Origin: Octopus bimaculoides
Taxonomy: Eukaryota
Assembly: GCF_001194135.2 (NCBI RefSeq)
Contig: NC_069005.1
Span: forward strand, 2,749,020 to 2,813,019
Length of the DNA stretch: 64,000 bases
Direction: 5' to 3'
Under the pieces are notes generated by a model. The model did not search any database. It saw nothing but the letters and a program-made list of their open reading frames with translations, and was not told the DNA's origin. Below, piece by piece: positions 26,351-39,517 of the stretch. Each line of letters opens with the position of its first letter. Positions within the stretch are counted from its first letter, which is position 1. A program made the position numbers and the translations under genes.

Positions 26351-26890
26351 TATAAATCCAGTCCATTTTCATGTAGCGAATCATACACAAAAAACAAATT
26401 GATACATCTATAAAGTTTGACATCCATAAAGATCTATTTGATGAATATACATACATATATATATATATATATATATGTNNNNNNNNNNNNNNNNNNNNNN
26501 NNNNNNNNNNNNNNNNNNNNNNNNNNNNNNNNNNNNNNNNNNNNNNNNNNNNNNNNNNNNNNNNNNNNNNNNNNNNNNNNNNNNNNNNNNNNNNNNNNNN
26601 NNNNNNNNNNNNNNNNNNNNNNNNNNNNNNNNNNNNNNNNNNNNNNNNNNNNNNNNNNNNNNNNNNNNNNNNNNNNNNNNNNNNNNNNNNNNNNNNNNNN
26701 NNNNNNNNNNNNNNNNNNNNNNNNNNNNNNNNNNNNNNNNNNNNNNNNNNNNNNNNNNNNNNNNNNNNNNNNNNNNNNNNNNNNNNNNNNNNNNNNNNNN
26801 NNNNNNNNNNNNNNNNNNNNNNNNNNNNNNNNNNNNNNNNNNTATATATATATATATATGTGTGTGTGTTTCTATGCGTGTATATATATG

Positions 26891-27222
26891 TTTTCTTTTA
26901 TTCTTTCATTTGTTTCAGTCATTTGACTGCCGCCATACTGGAGCACCACCTTCAGTCGAAGAAATCGCCCCAATAAGCTTAGTAGTAATTATATAGGCTT
27001 CTTTTGCCGAACCGCTAAGTTACGAAGATGTAAACACAACCAACATGGGTTGTCAAGCGATGGTGGTGGATGGGGACGAACGCAACTATATAAACACACA
27101 CAGACGCACACACACACACAGACACACACACACACAAACACATATACATATAAGAGGGCTTCTTTCAGTTTCCATCTACAAAATCCACTCACAAGGCTTT
27201 AGTCAGGCACACTTGCGCCTAT
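26891..27222 (-). mobile_element. Family B SINE with internal (CA)n and a deletion in the head
   Basis: Tail gtttcagtcatttgactgccgccatactggagcacc; gccgaaccgctaagttac; (CA)n; gcttctttcagtttccatctac; then a jump from gctttagtcagg to cacacttgcgcctat. Confidence 0.88.
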
Positions 27223-27299
27223 TTATATAAATGTTTCTATCGACATGTTGTGTTCAAATCTTTGTGCCCACATAACCTCACTCCCTCCATCAGACCGGC

Positions 27300-27445
27300 A
27301 TTACCTGTACAGGTGCAATTGGTTCCACTTGTCAGATGACGACATGATCGTGGAGCAATGTGAAATGCAGTGCTTTTATGAAGAACGCAACACATTACCG
27401 CTCTGGGAATCGAAACCAAAATCTCACAATCACGAGTGAACCACC
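27300..27445 (-). mobile_element. tRNA-head SINE, family C (CORE-like body), partial
   Basis: Reverse complement gtggttggggtggttcactcg...tttcgattccc...aaagcactgcatttcacattgctcc; shares its body with 48535-48774. Confidence 0.65.
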
Positions 27446-27735
27446 CCAACCACAATAGCACAATACCATAATTAATGAGGGAGACGAATGATAGAAAATA
27501 CGTGAATGTCTATTGATGACTACAATCATTTCAACCCATCTAGAATCGATCTCGCGAGGGTGGGATACTTGGCAGCTGGTGTGTTGTGATCAATAAATAT
27601 TCTCGTATCTTCCATCTTCTGTCTCACTCATTAATTACATACTCAACGAACACTAAGCCAGCGGACGTGCTGTACCTGCAAACTAACAGATGGATATCAT
27701 AAGATTTATTAACTACTATATACATACATACACAC

Positions 27736-27795
<60 letters not shown>

Positions 27796-28169
27796 NNNNN
27801 NNNNNNNNNNNNNNNNNNNNNNNNNNNNNNNNNNNNNNNNNNNNNNNNNNNNNNNNNNNNNNNNNNNNNNNNNNNNNNNNNNNNNNNNNNNNNNNNNNNN
27901 NNNNNNNNNNNNNNNNNNNNNNNNNNNNNNNNNNNNNNNNNNNNNNNNNNNNNNNNNNNNNNNNNNNNNNNNNNNNNNNNNNNNNNNNNNNNNNNNNNNN
28001 NNNNNNNNNNNNNNNNNNNNNNNNNNNNNNNNNNNNNNNNNNNNNNNNNNNNNNNNNNNNNNNNNNNNNNNNNNNNNNNNNNNNNNNNNNNNNNNNNNNN
28101 NNNNNNNNNNNNNNNNNNNNNNNNNNNNNNNNNNNNNNNNNNNNNNNNNNNNNNNNNTATATATATATA

Positions 28170-28264
28170 GGACGGACTTCTTTCACTTTCCGTCTAATAA
28201 ATCCACTCAGAAGGCTTTGGTCGGCCCAAGGCTATAGTAGAAAACACTTGCCCAAGGTGCTACG
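28170..28264 (-). mobile_element. Family B SINE fragment, truncated at ccaaggtgctacg
   Basis: acttctttcactttccgtctaataaatccactcagaaggctttggtcggcccaaggctatagtagaaaacacttgcccaaggtgctacg. Confidence 0.88.
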
Positions 28265-28461
28265 CAATATTTAACAATATTTAACAAAAACATTTTTAAA
28301 TGACGGTCTGACCGTCTACCAACCAAATTGGAGCAGCAATTGAAGTAGATGGTGAATATGCTCCGGAATAATCATTTAAAGATGTTTTTGTTACATGTTG
28401 TTATTATATTTGTATAAAATTTGTTGGAAAAAAGCCGCAATAATTATGCACCAACCCAATA
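28265..28461 (+). mobile_element. Mariner-derived MITE, right part
   Basis: Right terminal repeat gccgcaataattatgcaccaacccaa-TA; internal DGEYAPE* transposase tail; homologous to 59202-59461. Confidence 0.85.
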
Positions 28462-29768
28462 TTATTATTACTGTATTTATCCTACGTGGTATCGGCACGG
28501 ATCAATACCATTCTATAAATCTGTTGTTGCAATTTGGATACACCAGGCCATAGCAGACACAATAACACAAGAGCTTTTGTGTGCTGATTCAAAAACGTTT
28601 CCCGTGATCTAACTTAAAACACATATATTGTATTACACACACACACATACATATGACTTGCTCCTTCATTCTGTGTGTGAATTACGTTCAGTCGGCTGTG
28701 GTCACCCAGGGTCTGTAGTAAAAATCGCTAGCGCAAGTTACCACGTAGTGAAACTGAAGCGGAACTTCGTGGTTTCAAAGCGAACGTCTTGAATTTTCTA
28801 GTCTTGAACAAAAATACATTATTGAGTTCTATATCATAACAATGATACATACTTCAAATAACACCTTACCATCTTATTAAGAGAATGCTGGAAGTTCTTC
28901 GGGTCTTGGTCTAGTGAACCAAATCTAATTCGGGACAAGAATAAAAACCACCAAAGCCACAGTAGCGGTATAACTATCGGAGTACAAAACCGACAGTGTG
29001 TTTGTTTGGTGAAACGCTCTGTGATATTTCTATCCTTTTTTATTCTTTTCAGCTCTGAATTTCTATCGAAGAATTTACCTTCCTGCTGGATCGATAAATC
29101 AGATAACAATGGAATAGAGGATGAATTTAAATCGATTCATCACGTGTACGATAATACAAGAAGATGAGTTATTTTGTTGAAAAATAGTCGCCAAGCTCTG
29201 CTTCCAGTCTTCCTGTAAGGTGTTGTTCGTTCTGCACGCGGTTTCACCACTGAAACCGTTTTACCTGTGAAGGTAGGCTAACGGCTGTCATATTACGTGT
29301 TGAACCTTCATATTTCGAAGTCGACAGGGGTGATGTGGAATATGTGCATGTGTGTGTGTGAGTGTGTATGTTTGTGTGTGTGTTCGAGAGAACGTGACTG
29401 TATAAACATACACGTATGTATATGTGTGCGCGTATGTGTGTATGTGTGTGTATAAATGTAGACATGTATATCCATATTCTTATATAAACATACATAAGTA
29501 TGTATATATATATATATNNNNNNNNNNNNNNNNNNNNNNNNNNNNNNNNNNNNNNNNNNNNNNNNNNNNNNNNNNNNNNNNNNNNNNNNNNNNNNNNNNN
29601 NNNNNNNNNNNNNNNNNNNNNNNNNNNNNNNNNNNNNNNNNNNNNNNNNNNNNNNNNNNNNNNNNNNNNNNNNNNNNNNNNNNNNNNNNNNNNNNNNNNN
29701 NNNNNNNNNNNNNNNNNNNNNNNNNNNNNNNNNNNNNNNNNNNNNNNNNNNNNNNNNNNNNNNNNNNN

Positions 29769-29807
<39 letters not shown>

Positions 29808-29837
29808 CATACACATACACACAGACACACACAAACG

Positions 29838-29870
<33 letters not shown>

Positions 29871-29986
29871 GACCACACACACATGCATATATATACATAT
29901 TTATACATATATCATGTATGCATAACTTTCATATATGTATACGTTTATGCGTTCATGTATGTCTATGTTTCTGTGTTTGCATGTGT

Positions 29987-30021
<35 letters not shown>

Positions 30022-30385
30022 TGTGTTGTGAATATCATACATGCATATAAGTATATTAACTTGCCATTAACAGAGTTTCTGACAAACGGTTCCGACTGGT
30101 TTGTATAACCATTCTGCACCATTTTCAAGTTTGGTCAAAGAAATCAACGCTATACCTGTTCATTATCTGTAATCACTTCAACATCGACAGACACTAAGTA
30201 CAGAATGATAGACAGAAATTACCATTATGCATGCTAATCTCTTGGATCGCTGCCAAAACTTGCAGATTCCTATCACAATGGCTTAGCTTTGCATCGATTT
30301 CATTGGTTGCATCACCTCTCACTACCACTTCGCTTCTCCCTCCAATGACTCACCTGATTCCATCCTTCCTCTCCGTTTCCTCCAC

Positions 30386-30520
30386 CTCGCCCTCCTCCTC
30401 GCCCTCCTCCTCGCCCTCCTCCTCGCCCTCCTCCTCGCCCTCCTCCTCGCCNNNNNNNNNNNNNNNNNNNCGCCCTCCCCCTCGCCCTCCTCCTCGCCCT
30501 CCTCCTCGCCCTCCTCCTTC
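30386..30520. repeat. 12-bp GC-rich minisatellite (CGCCCTCCTCCT)n spanning a small gap
   Basis: About 5 copies before and about 4 after the 19-N gap. Confidence 0.95.
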
Positions 30521-30940
30521 CCTTTCATTCACTTCTTCATTTTTCATTCTTCATTCCTCTTTCTTCTTTCCTACTCAACGCTTTATTCACTCTCCTTTCT
30601 AACTCGCATTTCTCCTCTTCACCTCTGCGTTCTCAAATTATCTGTTTAAGTTGCAGAACCGTGCAGAATATTCTTCAGTGGAACTTTTAAGTGATAGCTT
30701 CTCTATATCATGCGCCAAACTTAATTAGACCAATGGGCTATTAGCGATATGTTTAAAGGTTTCGACCGTCTTTATAACTGCAGATGCAGACGCATCGCTT
30801 ACTGTGTTTCGCTTGGTTCGATTAGTCACATATCTATGTGCGTCTCGTTTTTGCTCTTATTCCTGTTTGTGTGTGTGTGTGTGTGTGGTGTCTATATACA
30901 TTTGAACTGCCTGATGATACACATATATATATAAGTATAT

Positions 30941-30985
<45 letters not shown>

Positions 30986-31300
30986 NNNNNNNNNNNNNNN
31001 NNNNNNNNNNNNNNNNNNNNNNNNNNNNNNNNNNNNNNNNNNNNNNNNNNNNNNNNNNNNNNNNNNNNNNNNNNNNNNNNNNNNNNNNNNNNNNNNNNNN
31101 NNNNNNNNNNNNNNNNNNNNNNNNNNNNNNNNNNNNNNNNNNNNNNNNNNNNNNNNNNNNNNNNNNNNNNNNNNNNNNNNNNNNNNNNNNNNNNNNNNNN
31201 NNNNNNNNNNNNNNNNNNNNNNNNNNNNNNNNNATATATATATATATGTATATATAGTCATATATGTATATATATGTATATATATATATATATGTATATA

Positions 31301-31355
<55 letters not shown>

Positions 31356-31665
31356 ATATGTATGTATGTATGCATGTATATATAATACACGCACACACAC
31401 AGGGACACACACACACACGCACGCACAAGCCCCCCCCACACACATATATATATATATAATTAAAGTACTGTTCCGTAAACAGCATATGCGTGTATAGATG
31501 CAGTTATAAACATAGTAAACACAGGAAATATGGCGATATTATTAGGGCTTTCCACCTCGTAAGTGCCGTACAGATCCTTAGTTAGATACCTGTTAACTAT
31601 CGCATGTTAGTTTACAGAGGATTTCATTAAGGTGCTGTACGTATTATTAAATAAAATATCAAAGT

Positions 31666-31830
31666 ATGAGAACCCAGGTTCGAAATTTCCCCAAGACACC
31701 TGATGAAGGCTGGAGGGTATTTCAGCCGATACGTTGTGTTAGCAACAAACAAGATATGGAGAAATATCCATCAACTGTAAATAATGTAAATAATGCATAT
31801 AATTCCTCATCTCTTAAATATAGAACTGTA
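31666..31830 (+). mobile_element. Short Penelope-like non-autonomous or terminal repeat carrying a minimal type I hammerhead
   Basis: Hammerhead at 31695-31740, followed by caacaaacaagat...tgtaaataatgtaaataat...tcctcatctcttaaatatagaactg. Element boundaries are approximate. Confidence 0.55.
31695..31740 (+). ncRNA. Minimal type I hammerhead ribozyme motif with a core substitution (GAAA to GATA)
   Basis: Stem I gacac/gtgtt; CTGATGA plus A; stem II ggctgga/ttcagcc with loop gggtat; GAtAC; GTT triplet; loopless palindromic stem III (ACGT). Confidence 0.65.
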
Positions 31831-33175
31831 TTCATAAGAATGAATTTATTATATGCATGTGTGTGCTTGTTTGCTCAATGGATGGCTGATATAATATATG
31901 CAATAGTTATAATCGTTATTCTCCATTTTTTCTACGTATAACATATTTGAAGATAATTCATGAAGGCCGGTTACTGCATACAATGTCAGTGCCATGACAT
32001 ATTATGTCTATAAACACATACAATATTGTCTATTGCTGTTATAAAATGTGAGTCTTCTATATTTTCAGTATTACTTTGGCGAAAGTTACTTTTATATAAC
32101 GAAAAACCTAGGGGTCTTCTTAACACACACACACACGCACATACATACACATATATTTATATACACCTACACGTACATATATATGCATGAAATGAGATCT
32201 ATATGTATTTAGATACACACACATGGATGTAGATAGGCATTTCTGGGGAGTATGTGTGTGCATGTGATTGCCTTCGCGAAATAAATAAATTCATGGAAAC
32301 TCACATAAGTGTACATTTCAATAGAAAAGAAAATAGAGTTTCTCAGAAATTTATATTTCCACCTACCTCTATGCAAACATATGTGTGTTTACATATGCAT
32401 ATACATACATACATAATCATACACTCACAACACGCATGTATATATGTATATATGTATATATGTATATATATATNNNNNNNNNNNNNNNNNNNNNNNNNNN
32501 NNNNNNNNNNNNNNNNNNNNNNNNNNNNNNNNNNNNNNNNNNNNNNNNNNNNNNNNNNNNNNNNNNNNNNNNNNNNNNNNNNNNNNNNNNNNNNNNNNNN
32601 NNNNNNNNNNNNNNNNNNNNNNNNNNNNNNNNNNNNNNNNNNNNNNNNNNNNNNNNNNNNNNNNNNNNNNNNNNNNNNNNNNNNNNNNNNNNNNNNNNNN
32701 NNNNNNNNNNNNNNNNNNNNNNNNNNNNNNNNNNNNNNNNNNNNNNNNNNNNNNNNNNTACTACCATGTAAAACATCCCTCAGAGCGGGAATGCATTAAT
32801 ATTAATTTTGGGAACTTGTAGTTCCTTTGTTTTATTATTTTTCTTCTTATCTCTGAGCTTTGGATTTAATTGTAATTCCAAACAGTTTTGTCAATAATAT
32901 TTTGACAAATCTGAACTGAAATATTGGTGAATTTAATGTTTCAAGGATTATCACTATGATGGATGTTCCGGGCTCTTCTTTAAGCTACATTACATTCAGT
33001 TATTCGATTATTCTACCAACAGTGTATTGTATACATGTCACTTTACCGACTAAGTTTATGAATTAATTATCTTATTCTTAATGGTTACATTATATTTATA
33101 ACAATCTGCTCAGAGAGAAGAGAAATTAGAGCGTCGATTTATTTAGATGACGAAGTGTTCTAGCGAAATACGTCT

Positions 33176-33436
33176 GTGCTGATGCCACGTAAAAAGAAAC
33201 TGTGATGATGCCATGTGGAAAGCACCTATGCAGGTACTACGTAAAGTGACTGGTGTTAAGAAGGGTCTCCACTGGTAAGAAAACCTCGCAAAACAGACAA
33301 GCGGAGCCTGGTGTAGCCCACCGACTTGCCAGCTCCTGTTGAACCGTCCAACAATTGGCGATGTTGATGATGATGATGATGATGATCTTGATGATGGTGA
33401 TGGTGATGACAACGATGACTACGATGACGTTAAACG
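33176..33436 (+). mobile_element. SINE or non-autonomous element with RTE-type 3' tail and (GAT)n
   Basis: gtgctgatgccacgtaaaaag...atgtggaaagcacc...aagaagggtctccactggtaagaaaacctcgc...gagcctggtgtagcc...ttgccagctcctgttgaaccgtccaac...gacgttaaacga, with (GAT)n. Confidence 0.65.
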
Positions 33437-33756
33437 AGAGGACCAAAATATAAACATTCATATTAGTGTTAGAGGGATCTAATTTAAAATTTAGTAGTAT
33501 TATTCAGGGATTTAATATATAGATGTTATCTTGCTAGAAATGTCTGAGAGACGAAAGTGAATACTGTTAAAATATATTAGAATGTGCTTCTGCTAAAAAA
33601 AGTGGATATTCTAAACATTGACCAGAAGAAAATCCTTCCGTTTTTGTTGGTTAAATTTCATTCACAAACGATGTCAGTTTCTCATCCGCTGATCGTATAC
33701 CATCTCAGTTTCGACACCACAAGACAGAAATTATATAAATACATATACTTATGTGT

Positions 33757-33793
<37 letters not shown>

Positions 33794-33940
33794 TGTGCCT
33801 GGTTGGGTGAGTGTGCGCACGCGTATGTGTATGTGCGTTCACGCATGTCTACAAATATATATATTTGTGTGTAGGTATACATATACGTGTATATAGACAG
33901 ACGCACAAGCATATATACACACACACACATGTTTATATAT

Positions 33941-34107
33941 ACAATGGGATTCTTTCAGTTTCCTTGTACCAAATCCATTCACAAGGATTTGGTTGGTTCG
34001 ACGCTATAGTAGAAGACACTTGCCCAAGCTGCCACATAGTGAGACTGAACCCGGAACCATGTGGTAGGGAAGCAAACTTCTTGCCACACAGCCGCACCCG
34101 CGCTTAT
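33941..34107 (-). mobile_element. Family B SINE 5' half, preceded by a ~200-bp TG/CA microsatellite
   Basis: ttctttcagtttcc...ctatagtagaagacacttgcccaag...gactgaacccggaaccatgtgg...ccacacagcc...gcgcttata. Confidence 0.88.
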
Positions 34108-34349
34108 AAAATAGACTAGGCTAGAGCGAGTTTAATAATATATTATTTAAAAGTCTCACTGTCGTGTTTCGTGTGTCTCAATATATTCAATTCTGTGACG
34201 ATATGCCTTTCACAACACACAAGTTAGACAATTTTGTTTGAAACATCAAAAAACAGTAACTGTAATCTGAAGGAACTATTAGTGCGCACTGTCTTTGGTT
34301 GATATACAGCAATTGTTTCTCTAATAAATACGTCATTAGGGAAGAAGAA

Positions 34350-34460
34350 TGACCGTGAGAAGATGCAGAAAATTGCTAGATAAAGGTCTACGGCAAAATG
34401 GAGAAGACGAAGCGATGCCCGGCATTAGTGGATTTCCAATGTAACTGAAAGCAACTATGT
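34350..34460 (+). mobile_element. Possible highly decayed RTE LINE ORF2 tail
   Basis: Across frameshifts reads KVYGK / RRRSDARH*WISNVTE, resembling GKVEGKRRRGRPRxRWIDxIxE. Confidence 0.3.
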
Positions 34461-35659
34461 ACCAATAGAGATATTCTTGTACAGTATAGTTCAAGTTAAA
34501 TGAATGACAGGTAGCATCATATCAGGCGATCTCGTTAAGGTTTTATTGTACGAATTTTTCGAATTACAACAAATTCTATGCTTCAGTCTCGAGGAAATTC
34601 GCATGAATTAAATGAAGAATTAATGACAATGTCCACGTATTTGCTTTCAAATGCGTGATGCTGAGGCGGAATTTAATCTCAGCTGAGAGTCATTCTGTAG
34701 AGAACATTTGAATAGAGAAGGTAGGTCTATGTCGAAACAAAAGGATGTGCTCCGAATGATATGCCTTGTAAAGTTACTTTCAGAATGTTTCTAGTTGTTT
34801 AGACTTAATGACCCGCCATGTTTTATGCGGCCGCCTTTTTCGAAAATCGCTATGCCTACATCAAGATCCGTGAAAAATCTGTATAAACAATACATTCCGT
34901 CAGTCTAATTTAATATTAGTTAGCAAAATATATGAAGGGTGTGGCGTAATAAACAAAATATCTTTTTGTTTTTGCGTCTTTAGGTGAAGCTACTAAAATT
35001 TTGCGAATATAAATATTACACGCTTATACTCGTTCTTCGTTGAAACTCTCTCATGTACTTAACTCCTACCCCGCCCATATTAATTTCATATAAACCTCGT
35101 AAGAATTCATTGAATGCATTTATACCAGTAATTAATTATAATCCGTATATATACAAATATATTTATTTTCTAGAAGAAAATATCAAAAGTGTTCCTTTTA
35201 AATCCTTTACATATTATTGTGTTAATCTATGTACTGATTTAAAACTGCCTTGCACAAACTGACCGATTCAACAAATATATTGACGTACATACATACAGGC
35301 AGAGACGCACTGAGACACACACGCATTACTAAAGCCATACAAGGCAATGCATGTATGTATCTATGCATACCTATATGTATATANNNNNNNNNNNNNNNNN
35401 NNNNNNNNNNNNNNNNNNNNNNNNNNNNNNNNNNNNNNNNNNNNNNNNNNNNNNNNNNNNNNNNNNNNNNNNNNNNNNNNNNNNNNNNNNNNNNAGAATA
35501 TTTACGCCTAAGAATATTTTCTATTGAAAATATAAATATTTTTTGTATTTATATACAACAGAACCAGTCTGTCATTTCTGCAGACTAAGCCTATTATTAT
35601 TAAATATATATAATATAATGAATACAATGAAAAACATTTTATTCGTATACACGCAAAAA

Positions 35660-35763
35660 TCTATGTATGTATATATGTATGTATTTATGTATGTATGTAT
35701 GTATGTATGTATGTATGTATGTATGTATATATGTATGTATGTGTGTATATATATATATATGTG

Positions 35764-35806
<43 letters not shown>

Positions 35807-35825
35807 CATCTATCCATCTATCTAT
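35660..35825. repeat. (TATG)n followed by (TATC)n tetranucleotide arrays
   Basis: Directly visible. Similar arrays lie at 53860-53905 and 54880-54960. Confidence 0.95.
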
Positions 35826-38777
35826 ATATCGACCGTTATAAAAACCTCCCCAAGGAATGTGCAGACGCAGGTTCGAAAGCAAAGCCTTTTCGAATTGAAT
35901 TCGAATGCAGAAGATTAGTTGGACGCAGTGTGAGGCGACTGTTGTTGTGAGTAGGCCTCACTCATCTTAAAGCAAATACCAACGTTAGTGATATCCAGAC
36001 TACACTGGAGAATGCAATTCACTGGGGTTGGTTAAAAATAAACGATGAGCAATGGGTTGAGGACAATTGAATGAAACCTGATAACCAGTTGATCTAGCAA
36101 GCTGGACCTAATTTAAGGGAGGGCAATGATGCTGTCGAGAGGCTCTAGTTTAAAAGTGGGCTCCACAGTCCCTTCGGGTACCAATTATAGTACGACGCGA
36201 TGCATTAAACATATGATAGATGAAATGCAGGATTGCATAACGTATCTGATTGTTATGTAATTTTCAGTAAGCTGATGAAACACGTGTATTCCTTATGAAG
36301 TTTTAAATGCCACACATCTTTTCTCCTTTCATCCTTCAAATATCAGCTGTAACTTTTTATAATTTTAAACGGCTGAAATACAAATCATAAAATAATTACC
36401 CATTTTGATATAATGAGTGGGAGATGAATAAAAAAAACTCAGGTTTATGTTTTAGACATTATCATGCAAACATGATATCGAAGGGGGCAGAGAATTTACA
36501 AAAGTCTAGGTTTGACGAAAACATTCACATAAATGCAAGGTTCATTGTAAAAAAAAAAGAAAAAAGAAGCATACCGTGAAGTATCAATGGCGCTTGTGTT
36601 TATAGATTTCAATAATTTCTCAATTGGTGGACAAACAAAATTTTCGTCTACAAAGTTATCTTACTTCAAATGCTTTAACAACCTCAACAAGCAGTTAAAC
36701 ACTCCACCTAGCACACTGAACACTTAACTCTATACAACAGTCCAAAGAGATCACTATACGATTAAACATGTAAGATGCTACGGATATTTGATATCAAATG
36801 AAATGTTATGTAGTATATAAGTTAGTGATTACGTGTGTCTGTGCGCGTCTATATATGCATATATGTACGTAGATATATAAGTATACATGCAGATATATAA
36901 ACATATGCATACATGCATGTATGTGCGTATTAAATATAGGTAAAAACCTGTAATGGACGTGTGTGTATATGTGGGTGCGTACCTACACACTAACAGAGAC
37001 ACACACCTATATATACTATATATATGTAGATATCTGTCTATACTTATTTAAACTCATACATATATAATATGCACATAAAGAAATATATATATGTATATAT
37101 ATNNNNNNNNNNNNNNNNNNNNNNNNNNNNNNNNNNNNNNNNNNNNNNNNNNNNNNNNNNNNNNNNNNNNNNNNNNNNNNNNNNNNNNNNNNNNNNNNNN
37201 NNNNNNNNNNNNNNNNNNNNNNNNNNNNNNNNNNNNNNNNNNNNNNNNNNNNNNNATATATATATATATATATATATATAAGTATATGTATGTGTATATT
37301 TACATTTATATATACATATATATATATATATTTATATAATAGTTATGTAAATATCTCGATTTAAAATTATATATACGCACATTGTACGCACACACATGCA
37401 CATACACAAACGCACATACACTCACTCATATACAAACAAGCATACTACATGTTCGACGTATGAATATTAATAATACATTAACGAGGAAAGCTTAAGCTTT
37501 GACATCAATAGCAAACATGAAATAAAAAACCTTGTGGGATATCACACAGTACGATATTAACAGCGTCAAATGTCACTTGTCGAGTACGTAGCTATATTAA
37601 TCTAGTACTAGATTTACGTCGTTGGAAAATCAAAAAGAAAACAAAAAAAATGTAAAGTACAGAAAAAAGACATTAAAACAGAAGAACTGGAAAATTTTTC
37701 CATCACCTGAAATGAAATAAAATGATATTGAGATGGCGTCCAATTCGGTCTTTGTACAACACTGCTTGAAGGTAAATCAAACAGACCGTATCCAGAAATA
37801 TAGATATAGACTATGTTTTGTTTAGTGGTGTTAACGTGTTGTACGTGTGAGAGTCATGTTTGATGACTCTGTGATACGACGGGCAGTGCAGCTTCCTGAC
37901 CTATATTCCTCATCATTTATTCATACACACCTCACTGGTTTTGATTGATGACTACGATTCATTTGATAGTGTGTAAGAATACGTGTATATATATATATAT
38001 ATNNNNNNNNNNNNNNNNNNNNNNNNNNNNNNNNNNNNNNNNNNNNNNNNNNNNNNNNNNNNNNNNNNNNNNNNNNNNNNNNNNNNNNNNNNNNNNNNNN
38101 NNNNNNNNNNNNNNNNNNNNNNNNNNNNNNNNNNNNNNNNNNNNNNNNNNNNNNNNNNNNNNNNNNNNNNNNNNNNNNNNNNNNNNNNNNNNNNNNNNNN
38201 NNNNNNNNNNNNNNNNNNNNNNNNNNNNNNNNNNNNNNNNNNNNNNNNNNNNNNNNNNNNNNNNNNNNNNNNNNNNNNNNNNNNNNNNNNNNNNNNNNNN
38301 NNNNNNNNNNNNNNNNNNNNNNNNNNNNNNNNNNNNNNNNNNNNNNNNNNNNNNNNNNNNNNNNNNNNNNNNNNNNNNNNNNNNNNNNNNNNNNNNNNNN
38401 NNNNNNNNNNNNNNNNNNNNNNNNNNNNNNNNNNNNNNNNNNNNNNNNNNNNNNNNNNNNNNNNNNNNNNNNNNNNNNNNNNNNNNNNNNNNNNNNNNNN
38501 NNNNNNNNNNNNNNNNNNNNNNNNNNNNNNNNNNNNNNNNNNNNNNNNNNNNNNNNNNNNNNNNNNNNNNNNNNNNNNNNNNNNNNNNNNNNNNNNNNNN
38601 NNNNNNNNNNNNNNNNNNNNNNNNNNNNNNNNNNNNNNNNNNNNNNNNNNNNNNNNNNNNNNNNNNNNNNNNNNNNNNNNNNNNNNNNNNNNNNNNNNNN
38701 NNNNNNNNNNNNNNNNNNNNNNNNNNNNNNNNNNNNNNNNNNNNNNNNNNNNNNNNNNNNNNNNNNNNNNNNNNNNN

Positions 38778-38812
<35 letters not shown>

Positions 38813-38813
38813 T

Positions 38814-38900
<87 letters not shown>

Positions 38901-39473
38901 TACAGACAGAAAGAGAGAGAGAAAGATTTGAAACTGTATCAGCCTAACAAAACAAAAAAAGGTTTGTATATAAAAGTATATACGTATATTAATAAACATA
39001 TCTATGCAGCGACTGCACACCATGACTCTGTGGGATTCATATCATTATAGGATTATCTCCACCAGCTAAACTTCATCCATACAAGTATAAAAACATAGAT
39101 ACACAAATGCATACATTCGTATACGCATTGACGCATTGACGCCAAATAAAAATCAAAAACACGCAAAGAAATATGGCGATGAATCTAGGCCAGAATCTAG
39201 AAGCCTATCAAGAGAGTGAATAGTGCCAAGGTAAATAAGATTTTCTAATTGGATGTCCTTTGTAACTGTTTCCATTCCATGACCTGCTCTACTTAACGTC
39301 ATTTAGAAATGGCATTAACGTCCCACATTCACATTAATGTTGGCCAAATGAAATTTGGTGGAGGGTTTGTAATCGTGCTCGAATCCTCGTGCACACATGT
39401 GTACTTACTTATTTATTTATGCATCCATGTACGTATGTATGTATATATGTATGTAGGTAGGTAGGTAGGTAGG

Positions 39474-39517
<44 letters not shown>

